Below are positions 35,513-46,522 of a stretch of DNA of 64,000 bases, piece after piece. Position 1 is the stretch's first letter. The number at the start of each line of letters is the position of its first letter. The translations under genes and the position numbers were made by a program. The notes under the pieces are model-generated. The model worked only from the letters and a program-made list of their open reading frames with translations. It searched no databases and was not told the origin of the DNA. Source of the stretch: Candidatus Thiodiazotropha sp. (ex Epidulcina cf. delphinae) (GTDB taxonomy: Bacteria; Pseudomonadota; Gammaproteobacteria; Chromatiales; Chromatiaceae); the NCBI GenBank assembly GCA_025656455.1, contig JAHXHS010000004.1, forward strand, positions 14,377 to 78,376, written 5' to 3'.

Positions 35513-36421
35513 ATGACCAAATCAGTCTTTTTTCTTTCAGATGGCGCTCCGGTCGATCCTGAAACCGAACGCGAGCGCGAGCGATCAGAGCTTGAGGCCT
35601 CGACGACCAAGGCGTTCGTGGATGCCGTTCGAGAGGATCTCCGGGCGAATAAGATCTATCTTCCAACCCTGCCGGCGCTGGCGTTGGAGGCGTTGGTGGT
35701 GATCAACGACGTGGATAGCTCCGCTGCCGATCTCGAGAAGGTCATTTCCAGGGACGCCGCCCTTACGGCAAGACTCATTCGATACGCCAATAGTCCGCTC
35801 TACCGGGGACTCAACACGATTGCCTCGATCCGGCCGGCGATCACCAGAATCGGCTTTCAGCGGGTAAAAAACGCCGTCTATGCGGTGTCGATGAAAGAGG
35901 TTTTTCGCACCTCGGTCAAGGAGATCGAAAGACGTATGGACCGATTATGGACCCACTCCGTGAAAGTCGGCGCGCAGGCGGCGATGCTTGCCAAGGGGCA
36001 ACCGGGACTCGATCCGGATGTGGCGCTGGTGGCAGGCCTGGTGCATGACATCGGGCACATCCCCTTGCTGATCAAGGCGTGCAGCTACCAGGAACTGATT
36101 GACAATCCTGACTATCTGGACAAGGTTTTGCAAAAATTACACCCCCAGCTAGGGGGCAGCATTCTCAAACTGTGGAAATTCGATCAGCATGTCATCGACG
36201 TGGCGGCCGAACATGAAGATCTGAAGCGCGATCCGGGTGACGAACCAGTGAACTATGTCGATGTCGTCCAGGCGGCGAATATCATCGCCCATGAGGATTC
36301 CGATCATCCCCTGGCCAGCGTCGATCGCTCCACTATCAAGGCGTTCTCCAGGCTCAAGCGGGATGAGGGAGAGACCGGCTTGGATGAGGAGACGAAGAAG
36401 GTCGAGGATGCGCTCTTTTAA
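35513..36421 (+). CDS. HDOD domain protein
   Basis: LPTLPALALEALVVINDVDSSAADLEKVISRDAALTARLIRYANSPLYRG..., followed by the HD-like motif GLVHDIGHIPL. Confidence 0.88.
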   Translation: MTKSVFFLSDGAPVDPETERERERSELEASTTKAFVDAVREDLRANKIYLPTLPALALEALVVINDVDSSAADLEKVISRDAALTARLIRYANSPLYRGLNTIASIRPAITRIGFQRVKNAVYAVSMKEVFRTSVKEIERRMDRLWTHSVKVGAQAAMLAKGQPGLDPDVALVAGLVHDIGHIPLLIKACSYQELIDNPDYLDKVLQKLHPQLGGSILKLWKFDQHVIDVAAEHEDLKRDPGDEPVNYVDVVQAANIIAHEDSDHPLASVDRSTIKAFSRLKRDEGETGLDEETKKVEDALF

Positions 36422-36845
36422 GCGCTTCTAACCAGCATTGGCTATTCCCTTGATCAGGTAGGCAGGTCATATAAAACAGGGCTCTTCCCCTGATCGGGTG
36501 GGTAGATCATACAAATCACAACAATTCTCAGGGTTGATTATCCGCGAATAAACGCAAATGCGAATTTCCCATCCTGCACAACGCCTTGATGGTTTTCAAT
36601 CACTGGCTAGGCATGCACTATTTCTCTCGCCAAGCTCGCTAAGTACGCCAAGAAGGCATTGCCTGGGAATCCTTTGCGATCTTTGCGAGAGTCTCTTTTC
36701 GTCGTAGGGTCTCAGCGAGGTATCAGTATCGAACTCCTCGCCCGCTACGCGCCTTCGCTTCGCTCTCCATGGCGCGTAGCGCCGGAGGTCAGTTAACTTT
36801 GAGTGGATGTCTGTTTAGAGTTTGTCTGTTTAGAGTTTAGAAACC

Positions 36846-36918
36846 CGTAGGTCACGTTGCGCAGCTACGTGACACCCCCCTTGAGTCAGGTAGCCGCTCC
36901 GCGTCAACCTGACCTACG
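36846..36918 (-). repeat. REP-like palindromic element, family C, copy 3 (inverted)
   Basis: It is the reverse complement of the 12726-12797 element, including the flanking GTTTAGAAACCC. A 2 x 15-bp tandem GTCTGTTTAGAGTTT lies just upstream at 36809-36838. Confidence 0.75.
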
Positions 36919-36987
36919 ACTTTTTTCACCCACTCGAATTGGGGAAGAGCCTAACAGAATGGCAAAGTGCAGACGCAGAAATCCGGG

Positions 36988-37596
36988 CTAGCCCGCCAAC
37001 ACATCAACCCCTTCATTACGCAGCATGCCGATCAGGCGAATCAGCGGCAGGCCGATCAGTGCATTCGGGTCCTCGCCTTCCAGTTTTTCGAAGAGACAGA
37101 TGCCCAACCCCTCGGACTTGAATGATCCAGCGCAGTTGTACGGCTTTTCCTTGTTCAGATAGTTCTCAATCTCCTGGCGATCGAGTTGACGGAATACCAC
37201 GTGAAAAAGCTCGCAGCACGACTGAAGTCGACCGGTTTTGCTGTTGTAGAGGCAGAGACCGGTCGAAAAAGTGACGCGTTTGCCGGCGGTCTGCAGTAAC
37301 TGCTCTACCGCCCGTTGATGAGTTCCCGGCTTACCCAGGATGCAGCCATCCACCGTCGCGACCTGGTCAGAGCCGATGATGAGTGCATCGGGATGAGATT
37401 CCGCAACAGCCCGCGCCTTGCTTTCAGCGAGGCGCAACACAAGCTGCTCGGGCGACTCCGCCTGGAGAGGGCTTTCATCCACAGCGGGGGAGACACTGCC
37501 GAACTCCATCCCCAGTCGACTCAATAATTCCCGCCTGAAGGGCGAACTGGATGCCAGGATCAGCGGTGGGTGTTGTGAAGAGGTGGGGAACGGCAT
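36988..37596 (-). CDS. yceF: Maf-like nucleoside triphosphate pyrophosphatase (YceF type)
   Basis: [29 protein letters not shown]...IIGSDQV...[32 protein letters not shown] is colinear with E. coli YceF. The start was chosen at 37596. The ORF opens at 37704, inside repeat DNA. Confidence 0.88.
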   Translation of the reverse strand: MPFPTSSQHPPLILASSSPFRRELLSRLGMEFGSVSPAVDESPLQAESPEQLVLRLAESKARAVAESHPDALIIGSDQVATVDGCILGKPGTHQRAVEQLLQTAGKRVTFSTGLCLYNSKTGRLQSCCELFHVVFRQLDRQEIENYLNKEKPYNCAGSFKSEGLGICLFEKLEGEDPNALIGLPLIRLIGMLRNEGVDVLAG

Positions 37597-37886
37597 GATA
37601 AACGGAGTCCGGTAACAGGGAACAGGTATGTTGCTCAGATGGAATGCGCTTAGTGTCCGTCCAGCAGCAAGATAATTTTTCTCGCAAAGACGCCAAGATC
37701 GCAAAGTTATAACTTATTGTTTTGTTGTGCCTTATTTGATTTTCCTTGGCGATCTTGGCGTCTTTGCGAGAGTTTTTCTTACCGGACGGGCACTAGACGT
37801 TAGTTCCATCCATAGACAGCCCATTATAATGCAAGGCGCGCAGAGAATCGCAATGGACGCAAAGCCAATAGTTTGAACTATCGACA

Positions 37887-37935
37887 GGCTTAGCGTCTCG
37901 CTGATTGGTACAGTTTATACGTTACACCACACTAG
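37887..37935. mobile_element. truncated family-B MITE end
   Basis: GGCTTAGCGTCTCGCTGATTGGTACAGTTTATACGTTACACCACACTAG equals one terminus plus stem arm of the 55784-56053 element. No matching second end is nearby. Confidence 0.6.
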
Positions 37936-38125
37936 AGTATCTAAATGGGGAAAAATGGAATAATCATTGATATACTCAATACAAACTATATATATTCTCA
38001 ATGCAGGCTGCTTTTCTCCGCTAGAAACAGGATGATAGTAAGGATCCGTAATAGACTCTTAGCTTGACAAGAGGCGCTGACCCAACGTAGAAAGGCGAAA
38101 ATAACTACTAAGAGTACAATAAAAC

Positions 38126-38386
38126 ATGCCAATCACAGACTTGCTACTGTCGGGTGTCAATCTCATGGCCATCGGAATGGGAATCGTTTTCACCTTTCTG
38201 CTGGTCCTGGTCTTTACCATGAAGGGCATGTCTAAACTGGCGCTGCTGGTTACGCAGCGACAGGGGGGCGTTGAGGCGTTATCATCACAACCCTCGGTCG
38301 GGGGGCGGGAGCAGGTCGGCATCAGGGGCGATCTGATTGCAGTCATTACGGCCGCGATTAACCGGTACCGCATGACCCATAGTTAA
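38126..38386 (+). CDS. oadG: oxaloacetate decarboxylase gamma subunit
   Basis: 86 aa. N-terminal TM helix LLLSGVNLMAIGMGIVFTFLLVLVF. It sits directly upstream of oadA and oadB. Confidence 0.8.
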   Translation: MPITDLLLSGVNLMAIGMGIVFTFLLVLVFTMKGMSKLALLVTQRQGGVEALSSQPSVGGREQVGIRGDLIAVITAAINRYRMTHS

Positions 38387-38459
38387 ATTTCAGTACAAGT
38401 TCCCCTTAAATTTTTAACAACCGAAACCAGGCTGTTTACATGACAACGGCGGCTAGTTT

Positions 38460-40253
38460 ATGAGCGAAAAGAAACCACTTGGAATCACTGATGTCGTGCT
38501 GCGCGATGCCCATCAGTCCCTATTTGCCACCAGAATGCGCATCGAGGATATGCTGCCGATCGCGGAGAAACTGGATAAGGTCGGCTTTTGGTCGCTAGAG
38601 ACATGGGGCGGCGCCACCTTCGACGCCTGTATCCGGTTTCTCGGCGAAGATCCCTGGGAGCGTATTCGCACGCTCAAGGCAGCGATGCCGAAGACGCCGA
38701 TGCAGATGCTGTTTCGCGGCCAGAATATCCTCGGCTACCGGCACTACGCCGATGACGTAGTGGAGAGGTTCGTCGAGCGGGCGGCGGTCAATGGCGTGGA
38801 TGTGTTCCGCATTTTCGACGCCATGAATGACCTGCGCAATCTCGAGACGGCCGTCAAGGCCACCCTGAAGGTCGACAAACATGCCCAGGGCACCATGTCG
38901 TATACCGTCAGCCCTGTCCACAACATGGACTATTGGCTCGATATGGGCAAGCGTCTGGAAGCGATGGGCTGCCACTCAATCTGCATCAAAGACATGGCGG
39001 GACTGCTCAATCCCTATGTGGGGTATGAGCTGGTGACACGTCTGAAGCAGACCGTCTCGATACCGATTGCCATGCAGAGCCATGCCACCACCGGCATGAG
39101 CACGGCCACCAACATCAAGGTGGCTGAAGCGGGTATAGACATGCTGGATACCTCCATCTCTTCGATGAGTATGACCTACGGTCATTCAGCAACCGAATCG
39201 GTGGTCGCCATTCTGCGGGAAACCGACCGGGATACCGGACTCGACCTCATTCTGCTGGAAGAGATTGCTGCCTATTTTCGGGAAGTTCGTAAGAAATATG
39301 CGAAATTCGAAGGCTCGATGAAGGGCGTGGATTCACGCATTCTGGTGGCTCAGGTGCCTGGCGGCATGTTGACCAATATGGAGAATCAACTGAGGGAGCA
39401 GGGCGCTAGCGACAGACTGGACGAGGTTCTCGAGGAGATTCCCAGGGTGCGCAAGGACCTAGGCTATATACCCCTGGTGACGCCGACTTCGCAGATTGTG
39501 GGCACTCAGGCGGTTATCAATGTGCTGATGGGCGAACGCTACAAGAGTATCGCCAAGGAGACCGAAGGTGTCCTCAAAGGTGAATATGGCGCCACGCCGG
39601 CCCCGGTGAACAGCGAACTCCAGGCAAAGGTTCTCGATCCGGGAGAGGAGCCGATCACCTGCCGCCCCGCCGATCTGCTCGATGACGAAATGGACAGGCT
39701 CACCGCTGAGTTCAACGGGCTTGTCGATGAGCAGGGCATCAAGGTGGCTGATAACGAGGTCGACGATGTTCTCATCTATGCGCTCTTTCCCCAGGTCGGG
39801 CTGAAATTTCTCAACAACCGGGACAATCCCGATGCCTTTGAGCCGGCGCCGGGCATTGCACAGCCGGCCCCTGCAACCGCACCGGCCGTGCCACCCAGTG
39901 GTGGGCCGGAGTCATACCAGGTCGAGGTCAACGGCGTTACCTACAACGTCAAGGTATCTCCGGCAGGGACTGTCTCATCGGTTGCTCAGGCGTCCGAACC
40001 TATCGCCGTGCCTCCGGCCGCCGCCCCCTCCGCCGAGGGAGGCTCTACGGTTTCCGCACCCTTGTCCGGGAGTATCCATGCCATCAAGGTCAGTGTGGGA
40101 GCGCAGGTCGCCGCGGGGGATGTGCTGATGGTGCTCGAGGCGATGAAGATGGAGACCGAAGTGCGCGCAAACGTCGCGGGCACGGTAGCCCAGGTAATGG
40201 TCAAAGAGGGTGAAGCCGTCCAGGTCGGAACCCCCCTGCTGAGTCTGTCTTGA
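38460..40253 (+). CDS. oadA: oxaloacetate decarboxylase alpha subunit (carboxyltransferase + biotinyl domain)
   Basis: [13 protein letters not shown]...WGGATFD TIM-barrel carboxyltransferase domain. A Pro/Ala linker follows. The C-terminal biotin site is EAMKME. Confidence 0.93.
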   Translation: MSEKKPLGITDVVLRDAHQSLFATRMRIEDMLPIAEKLDKVGFWSLETWGGATFDACIRFLGEDPWERIRTLKAAMPKTPMQMLFRGQNILGYRHYADDVVERFVERAAVNGVDVFRIFDAMNDLRNLETAVKATLKVDKHAQGTMSYTVSPVHNMDYWLDMGKRLEAMGCHSICIKDMAGLLNPYVGYELVTRLKQTVSIPIAMQSHATTGMSTATNIKVAEAGIDMLDTSISSMSMTYGHSATESVVAILRETDRDTGLDLILLEEIAAYFREVRKKYAKFEGSMKGVDSRILVAQVPGGMLTNMENQLREQGASDRLDEVLEEIPRVRKDLGYIPLVTPTSQIVGTQAVINVLMGERYKSIAKETEGVLKGEYGATPAPVNSELQAKVLDPGEEPITCRPADLLDDEMDRLTAEFNGLVDEQGIKVADNEVDDVLIYALFPQVGLKFLNNRDNPDAFEPAPGIAQPAPATAPAVPPSGGPESYQVEVNGVTYNVKVSPAGTVSSVAQASEPIAVPPAAAPSAEGGSTVSAPLSGSIHAIKVSVGAQVAAGDVLMVLEAMKMETEVRANVAGTVAQVMVKEGEAVQVGTPLLSLS

Positions 40254-40254
40254 T

Positions 40255-41394
40255 ATGGTTGAACTAGGTTTGGAGCCACTCTGGCAGTCCACCGGGCTGG
40301 CCAATCTGGAATGGGGGCAGGCGCTGATGATGGGCGTCGGTTGCCTGCTGATCTATCTGGCGGTGGTGAAAAAATTCGAACCGCTGCTACTGGTGCCGAT
40401 CGGCTTCGGCGCAATCCTGACCAACATACCGCTGGCCGGTATCGGCGGGAGCGAGGGCATATTAGGCTATATCTACACGATCGGCATAGAGACCGGGGTA
40501 TTTCCCTTGCTGATCTTCATGGGCGTGGGAGCACTGACCGATTTCGGTGCGCTCATCGCCATGCCCTGGACCCTGTTGCTGGGCGCGGCTGCCCAATTCG
40601 GCATTTTCGTCACCCTGTTGGGCGCATTGGCGCTGAACTACATTCCCGGGTTTGATTTTACCCTGGCGGATGCCTCCGCCATTGCCATCATCGGTGGCGC
40701 GGACGGGCCGACGGCGATCTTCCTCGCCTCGAGACTCTCTCCCGATCTGCTGGGCGCGATTGCCGTTGCGGCATACTCGTACATGGCATTGGTGCCGATC
40801 ATTCAACCACCTATCATGCGTCTGTTGACAACTGAAACCGAGCGCAATGTGGTGATGCAGCAGTTGCGGCATGTGACAAAGCTGGAAAAGATCCTGTTTC
40901 CCTTTGCCGTGCTGTTGCTCTGTATCGTCTTCCTGCCGTCGGCGGCCCCGCTGATCGGCATGCTTACCTTCGGCAATCTGTTGAGAGAGTGCGGTGTGGT
41001 AGAACGGCTGAGCCATGCGTCGCAAAACGAGATAATCAATATCGTCACGATCTTCTTGGGATTAGCGGTGGGCTCCAAGCTCTCCGCGGATAAATTCCTG
41101 ACCATCGAAACCTTGGGCATTCTGGCCCTAGGCGCCTTTGCATTCTGTATCGGCACCGCTACCGGGCTCATCATGGGTAAGATCATGTATCGGGTCACGG
41201 GGGGGAAGATCAACCCGCTGATCGGAGCCGCCGGGGTCTCCGCTGTGCCTATGGCCGCCCGTGTGGTGAATAAGGTCGGATTGGAAACCAATCATCACAA
41301 CTTCCTGTTGATGCATGCCATGGGGCCGAATGTAGCGGGCGTTATCGGGTCCGCGGTTGCCGCCGGGATCCTGTTGGCCTTGGTTGGCGGTTGA
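40255..41394 (+). CDS. oadB: oxaloacetate decarboxylase beta subunit (Na+ pump)
   Basis: 379 aa, polytopic. OadB/GcdB-like motifs are present (...[11 protein letters not shown]...[13 protein letters not shown]...). It starts 2 nt after the oadA stop. Confidence 0.9.
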   Translation: MVELGLEPLWQSTGLANLEWGQALMMGVGCLLIYLAVVKKFEPLLLVPIGFGAILTNIPLAGIGGSEGILGYIYTIGIETGVFPLLIFMGVGALTDFGALIAMPWTLLLGAAAQFGIFVTLLGALALNYIPGFDFTLADASAIAIIGGADGPTAIFLASRLSPDLLGAIAVAAYSYMALVPIIQPPIMRLLTTETERNVVMQQLRHVTKLEKILFPFAVLLLCIVFLPSAAPLIGMLTFGNLLRECGVVERLSHASQNEIINIVTIFLGLAVGSKLSADKFLTIETLGILALGAFAFCIGTATGLIMGKIMYRVTGGKINPLIGAAGVSAVPMAARVVNKVGLETNHHNFLLMHAMGPNVAGVIGSAVAAGILLALVGG

Positions 41395-41452
41395 TTGGAT
41401 CGCCAATGTCATTTTGACATCACCGCCACACTCATAATATTATTGCCCGCTT

Positions 41453-41992
41453 ATGTCGAAGCGCTTTCCCGATCGGTTGGATCCGTGGCGTTTCGCTGAT
41501 CTCGGTAAGGAGTTCGGCGGAGAGTTGTCGCTGGACGTCTTTCCAAGATTGAGCGCATGTTTGCTGCGGCCTGCTGGCAGGGTCAGCTTCGAACTGATCT
41601 TTGGTCATGACAGGGATCGTGACGGTCAACGGCGGGCTGTTCTCAACGGCTGGATCAGGGCGGATCTGCCGTTGCAGTGTCAACGCTGCCTTGAAGAGGT
41701 CGTTTATCCGGTCGATGCCCGCTTGTCAGTGGCGTTTGTCCGCGGGCCGGAGGAAGCTGAACAGCTGGAGGAATCGCTGGATCCTTGTCTGGTGGATGGG
41801 GATCAGGTGGTCTTCAGGGATTTGATTGAAGATGAGCTTCTTCTGGCGCTGCCCCAAGTGGCCATGCATGATTCAGGGGTATGTTCCGCATCCTTTGAGT
41901 CGGCAGCGGATGAGGCGACGATAGAGGACAGCGAGCAACGACGAGACAACCCGTTTGCAGTTCTAACGGAACTCAAGCGCGGTAAGCATTAA
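41453..41992 (+). CDS. yceD: YceD (DUF177) 23S rRNA accumulation protein
   Basis: The position upstream of rpmF-plsX supports the call. It has a CQRCL...zinc-ribbon-like motif and an acidic C-terminus ending ...[10 protein letters not shown]. Confidence 0.88.
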   Translation: MSKRFPDRLDPWRFADLGKEFGGELSLDVFPRLSACLLRPAGRVSFELIFGHDRDRDGQRRAVLNGWIRADLPLQCQRCLEEVVYPVDARLSVAFVRGPEEAEQLEESLDPCLVDGDQVVFRDLIEDELLLALPQVAMHDSGVCSASFESAADEATIEDSEQRRDNPFAVLTELKRGKH

Positions 41993-42026
41993 TTGGTTAA
42001 TTCGAAGAATATTCAGGAGATCAGCG

Positions 42027-42206
42027 ATGGCTGTTCAACAAAACAGAAAGACTCCCTCCAAGCGTGGCATGCGCCGCGCCCACGATGCCCTGTCAAATGA
42101 AACCCTCTCCATCGATTCCACCTCGGGTGAGACTCATCTGCGCCACCATGTAACCGCGGATGGTTTCTACAAAGGCCGCAAGGTCATCAATACCAAGAGC
42201 GAGTGA
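42027..42206 (+). CDS. rpmF: 50S ribosomal protein L32
   Basis: It is below the ORF-track cutoff. Translation: [67 protein letters not shown] lies upstream. Confidence 0.95.
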   Translation: MAVQQNRKTPSKRGMRRAHDALSNETLSIDSTSGETHLRHHVTADGFYKGRKVINTKSE

Positions 42207-42299
42207 TCGCTCGATTCTCCGGTTTTTTTACTGTTTGAAAACCCGCGCAGGGCGACGTCCTTTGCCGGGTTCTTTCGTATATGGGCGATTTACTAACGC

Positions 42300-43322
42300 A
42301 TGAGCAAGCCAGTCACAATCTCTTTGGATGCGATGGGAGGGGATATCGGCGCGGAGGTGGTTGTGCCTGCCGCCCTGGACTATCTCGAGCAAGACAAGGA
42401 GACCGCGCTGATCCTGGTTGGCGATGAGAAAATCCTCCGGGAAACAGTGGGCCAACACCCATTCGGCGACCGATTGCGCATCAAGCATGCCTCGCAAGCG
42501 GTGGGTATGGACGAATTACCCTCCAAGGCCCTGCGCAACAAGAAGGGCTCTTCCATGCGCGTGGCCATCGACCTGGTCAAGTCCGGGGAGGCAAACGCCT
42601 GTGTCAGCGCGGGCAATAGCGGCGCCCTGATGGCGATATCCCGGTTCGTATTGAAGATGTTGCCGAATATCGACCGGCCCGCGATGATCACCGCCTTACC
42701 CTCTATCGAGGGGCAGACCTTCATGTTGGACCTGGGAGCGAACGTGGATTGCAGTGCCGAACATCTGTTCCAGTTTGCGGTGATGGGTAGCGAGACGGTA
42801 GCGGCGGTGACGGACACGGACAAGCCGAGAATCGCTCTGTTGAATATCGGTCAGGAGGAGATCAAGGGCAACGAGCAGGTCAAAGAGGCCCATGAACTGC
42901 TGCTGCAGAGTTCCCTGAATTATGTCGGCTATATGGAAGGGGACGATATCTATCGGGGGGGGACGGACGTGGTGGTTGCCGATGGTTTTGTCGGGAATAT
43001 CGCCCTCAAGAGCAGCGAAGGCGTGGCGAAGATGATCCTCCACTTCATGAAGCTGGAGCTTGGCAAGAACCTGCTGACCCGCCTGGTGGGATTGATTGCC
43101 CTGCCGGTGCTGCGTAGATTGCACAAGCGCATCGATCACCGGCGTTATAACGGCGCCAGCCTGTTGGGGCTGCGCGGGATCGTGATAAAGAGTCACGGCG
43201 GTGCGGATAAGCTGGCCTTCATGAATGCCATCAGCATCGCCCGTAAAGAGGTTTCGAGCGATGTGCCGGGGCGTATCGCCGAGCAGGTCAAAGCCCACCT
43301 GGACAAAAGGGAAATCGCGTGA
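42300..43322 (+). CDS. plsX: phosphate acyltransferase PlsX
   Basis: 340 aa. ISLDAMGGD...VSAGNSGA...[11 protein letters not shown] motifs and conserved synteny support the call. Confidence 0.95.
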   Translation: MSKPVTISLDAMGGDIGAEVVVPAALDYLEQDKETALILVGDEKILRETVGQHPFGDRLRIKHASQAVGMDELPSKALRNKKGSSMRVAIDLVKSGEANACVSAGNSGALMAISRFVLKMLPNIDRPAMITALPSIEGQTFMLDLGANVDCSAEHLFQFAVMGSETVAAVTDTDKPRIALLNIGQEEIKGNEQVKEAHELLLQSSLNYVGYMEGDDIYRGGTDVVVADGFVGNIALKSSEGVAKMILHFMKLELGKNLLTRLVGLIALPVLRRLHKRIDHRRYNGASLLGLRGIVIKSHGGADKLAFMNAISIARKEVSSDVPGRIAEQVKAHLDKREIA

Positions 43323-44287
43323 TCTATTCGCGTATCACGGGTACAGGCGGGTATCTGCCGGAGAAGATTGTCACCAATCACGATTTGGAACAGATCGTCG
43401 ATACCACCGATCAGTGGATCGTAGAGCGTACCGGTATCCGCAAGCGGCATATTGCGGAAGAGGGCGAATACACCTGCGACCTGGCTGAGCAGGCTGCCCT
43501 GCAGGCCTTGGAGATGGCCGGACTGAAGGCCAGTGACATCGATCTCATTGTGGTAGCCACCACCACCGCTGACCAGATCTTTCCCAGCACCGCCTGCCTG
43601 CTACAGTCGCGTCTCGGCATTCGCGGCCCGGCCGCGTTCGATGTCCAGGCGGTCTGCACGGGGTTCATCTATGCCCTAGGGGTGGCGGATAATTTTATTC
43701 GCACAGGGTCGGCGACCAAGGCCTTGGTGGTGGGTGCGGAAACCATTTCCCGCATCCTCGATTGGAGCGACAGAAACACCTGTGTGCTGTTTGGCGACGG
43801 GGCTGGCGCGGTGGTCATCGAGGCCAGTGACGTGCCGGGTATCATCTCCACCCATCTGCATGCGGATGGCGCCTATGAAAGCCTGCTGCGGGTGCCGACT
43901 GGCATTTCGCGGGGTTACGATGAGTTGCGGGAGGGGTCGGCCTTCATGGAGATGCGCGGCAATGAGGTATTCAAGGTCGCCGTGACCACTTTGGGGCGGA
44001 TCGTGGATGAAACCCTGGCCGCAAACGGTATGAAAAAATCCGATATCGATTGGCTGATCCCTCATCAGGCCAATATCCGCATCATTAACGCAACCGCGAG
44101 AAAACTCCAGACGCCCATGGAACGGGTAGTGGTGACTGTCGATGAGCATGGTAATACCTCAGCGGCATCTGTTCCGCTGGCGCTGGATGTGGCTGTCAGG
44201 GACGGTCGCATCAAACGGGGCGAGACCATTCTCATGGAGGCCTTCGGCGGTGGATTTACCTGGGGCTCTGTGTTGGCGAAATTTTGA
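43319..44287 (+). CDS. fabH: 3-oxoacyl-ACP synthase III
   Basis: [11 protein letters not shown]..., active-site context [15 protein letters not shown], and HQANIRI...GNTSAASVP. Confidence 0.95.
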   Translation: MIYSRITGTGGYLPEKIVTNHDLEQIVDTTDQWIVERTGIRKRHIAEEGEYTCDLAEQAALQALEMAGLKASDIDLIVVATTTADQIFPSTACLLQSRLGIRGPAAFDVQAVCTGFIYALGVADNFIRTGSATKALVVGAETISRILDWSDRNTCVLFGDGAGAVVIEASDVPGIISTHLHADGAYESLLRVPTGISRGYDELREGSAFMEMRGNEVFKVAVTTLGRIVDETLAANGMKKSDIDWLIPHQANIRIINATARKLQTPMERVVVTVDEHGNTSAASVPLALDVAVRDGRIKRGETILMEAFGGGFTWGSVLAKF

Positions 44288-44304
44288 TCCTGTGATGGCG
44301 GCTT

Positions 44305-45246
44305 ATGAGTGATTCATCTTTCAGTATGGTATTTCCCGGCCAGGGCTCTCAAGCCATCGGTATGTCGAGTGCGCTCGGTGAAGCCTATCCTGTGGTTGCG
44401 CAAACCTATGCCGAGGCAACGGATGTGCTGGGTTACGACCTCTGGGAACTGGTGCAAAACGGACCGTTGGAGGCGTTGAATCAGACCGCAAGGACTCAAC
44501 CCGCGATGCTTGCCGCTGGGGTTTCCGTATGGCGTGTCTGGCTGGAACAGGAAGGCGCCATGCCAAAGTTGATGGCCGGCCACAGCCTGGGTGAATACTC
44601 GGCGCTGGTATGCGCCGGGTCGATTGAATTTTCCGATGCCGTAAGGTTGGTGTCTGAACGAGGGCGTTTCATGCAGGAAGCGGTGCCGGAGGGAACCGGC
44701 GGCATGGCCGCCATACTGGGGCTCGATGACGAGCGGGTGCGCGAGGTCTGTGTTTCGGCTGAATCGGGTGAGGTGGTCGAAGCGGTCAATCTCAACGCGC
44801 CGGGTCAGGTTGTCATTGCTGGCGCCAAGGGTGCTGTGGACAGGGCCTGCGATCTGGCCAAGGCCGCGGGCGCCAAGCGGGTTTTGTCGCTCCCTGTGAG
44901 TGTCCCCTCCCACTGTAGCCTGATGGAGCCGGCCGCGGAACGCTTACGCGAGCAACTCTCGGCGATTCCCATCGCGTCACCCTCGATTCCCGTGCTGCAC
45001 AATGTCAATGTGGAACTCGCGGGGGATGCGGATTCCATCCGTGATCTTCTCGCCGCCCAGTTGCACCATCCGGTGCGTTGGGTGGAGACGGTGCGGAGGA
45101 TCGCCGCATCGGGCTGCTCTGATTTGCTGGAGGCGGGTCCGGGTAAAGTGCTCGCCGGTTTGACCAAGAGAATCGACCGCGGCCTTACCGGCTCAGCGGT
45201 GTTCGACCCGATAAGTTTACATCAGGCCTTGGAGAGATTGAAATGA
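44305..45246 (+). CDS. fabD: malonyl-CoA:ACP transacylase
   Basis: FPGQGSQ...GHSLGEYSALV... motifs and conserved synteny. Confidence 0.95.
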   Translation: MSDSSFSMVFPGQGSQAIGMSSALGEAYPVVAQTYAEATDVLGYDLWELVQNGPLEALNQTARTQPAMLAAGVSVWRVWLEQEGAMPKLMAGHSLGEYSALVCAGSIEFSDAVRLVSERGRFMQEAVPEGTGGMAAILGLDDERVREVCVSAESGEVVEAVNLNAPGQVVIAGAKGAVDRACDLAKAAGAKRVLSLPVSVPSHCSLMEPAAERLREQLSAIPIASPSIPVLHNVNVELAGDADSIRDLLAAQLHHPVRWVETVRRIAASGCSDLLEAGPGKVLAGLTKRIDRGLTGSAVFDPISLHQALERLK

Positions 45247-45986
45247 GTCTGGAGAATGAAATTGCCCTGGTGACAGGCGCCAGTCGAGGAATAGGGGCCG
45301 CTATTGCCGACGGCTTGGCCGAGGCGGGGGCGAAGGTTATCGGCACAGCGACCTCTGAAGCGGGTGCCCAGGCGATCAAGGCACGTATACAGGGGGCAGG
45401 GCGAGAAGGCAGTGGCATGGTGCTGAATGTGGCCGACCAAGCCTCGATCGATAACCTGATCCAGACCCTCTCCGAGGCGTTCGGCAATCCGACCATCCTG
45501 GTGAACAATGCGGGGATCACCCGCGATAATCTGCTGATGCGGATGAAGGACGATGAGTGGGAGAGTATTATCAATACCAACCTGTCATCGGTCTATCGAC
45601 TCAGTAAGGCAGTGCTGCGCGGTATGATGAAGGCGCGCAAGGGCCGCATCATCAATATCTCTTCAGTGGTCGGCGTAATGGGGAATGCCGGGCAGACCAA
45701 CTACGCAGCCGCCAAGGCTGGAATTCATGGCTTTACCCGTTCCCTGGCCAGGGAGGTGGGGTCGAGGGGGATTACGGTGAATTCGGTCGCTCCCGGGTTC
45801 ATCGAGACCGACATGACAAAGGAACTTCCCGAGGCGCAACGCAAGAGTCTCGAGGCGGCGATTCCTTTGCAAAAAATGGGGCAGCCGGAAGATATTGCCA
45901 GCGCGGTACTGTTTCTCGCCGGTGAATCGGGGCGGTACATTACCGGCGAGACACTCCATGTTAATGGTGGAATGTACATGTGTTGA
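45243..45986 (+). CDS. fabG: 3-oxoacyl-ACP reductase
   Basis: VTGASRGIG, NNAGIT, YAAAKAG and conserved synteny. Confidence 0.95.
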   Translation: MSLENEIALVTGASRGIGAAIADGLAEAGAKVIGTATSEAGAQAIKARIQGAGREGSGMVLNVADQASIDNLIQTLSEAFGNPTILVNNAGITRDNLLMRMKDDEWESIINTNLSSVYRLSKAVLRGMMKARKGRIINISSVVGVMGNAGQTNYAAAKAGIHGFTRSLAREVGSRGITVNSVAPGFIETDMTKELPEAQRKSLEAAIPLQKMGQPEDIASAVLFLAGESGRYITGETLHVNGGMYMC

Positions 45987-46182
45987 TGGGTTCCGAGAGG
46001 TGTCTTAACCTACCAAGTAACTTTAAAATTAATTCTTAACTTGTTATTATCAAGCATATAAATGATTGATTTGCAGTGTGGGGCTCATCTGAGGATTACG
46101 CTTTTCTCAAGTGTTTTTTGTTACTACAATACCGCATCGGTCCTATTCGAGGCCGTCGGATAATCCAGAGGAAATTAATAAC

Positions 46183-46416
46183 ATGAGCGATGTCGTAGAA
46201 CGAGTTCGTAAAATTGTCGTAGAACAACTGGGCGTTAAAGAAGAGGAAGTCACTCTCGAAGCCTCCTTCGTTGATGATCTTGGCGCAGACTCTCTCGACA
46301 CAGTGGAGCTGGTAATGGCCCTCGAGGAGGAATTCGAAACCGAGATTCCCGATGAAGAGGCTGAAAAGATTACGACTGTGCAATTGGCTGTCGATTACAT
46401 CAACGCACACAGTTGA
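46183..46416 (+). CDS. acpP: acyl carrier protein
   Basis: [18 protein letters not shown]...[19 protein letters not shown] (phosphopantetheine Ser in DSLD). The start was chosen at 46183. The ORF opens at 46111. Confidence 0.97.
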   Translation: MSDVVERVRKIVVEQLGVKEEEVTLEASFVDDLGADSLDTVELVMALEEEFETEIPDEEAEKITTVQLAVDYINAHS

Positions 46417-46522
46417 TCTATACGCCAAGTTTCGTTTTTTTGATTCAGGCCGTAAAGCTCCGTAGTAGAGGGCGCGGCCTTTTGCTTTTCAGCAACACCA
46501 CTGAAATCGGGGGTAGTCGTAC

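Noticed and set aside
36988-37704. The extended Maf/YceF ORF starting at 37704 (238 aa).
   Set aside because: The extra 36 residues are encoded by repeat DNA (TTCTCGCAAAGACGCCAAGATCGCAAAG...) and have no counterpart in YceF. The family-typical N-terminus begins at the ATG at 37596.
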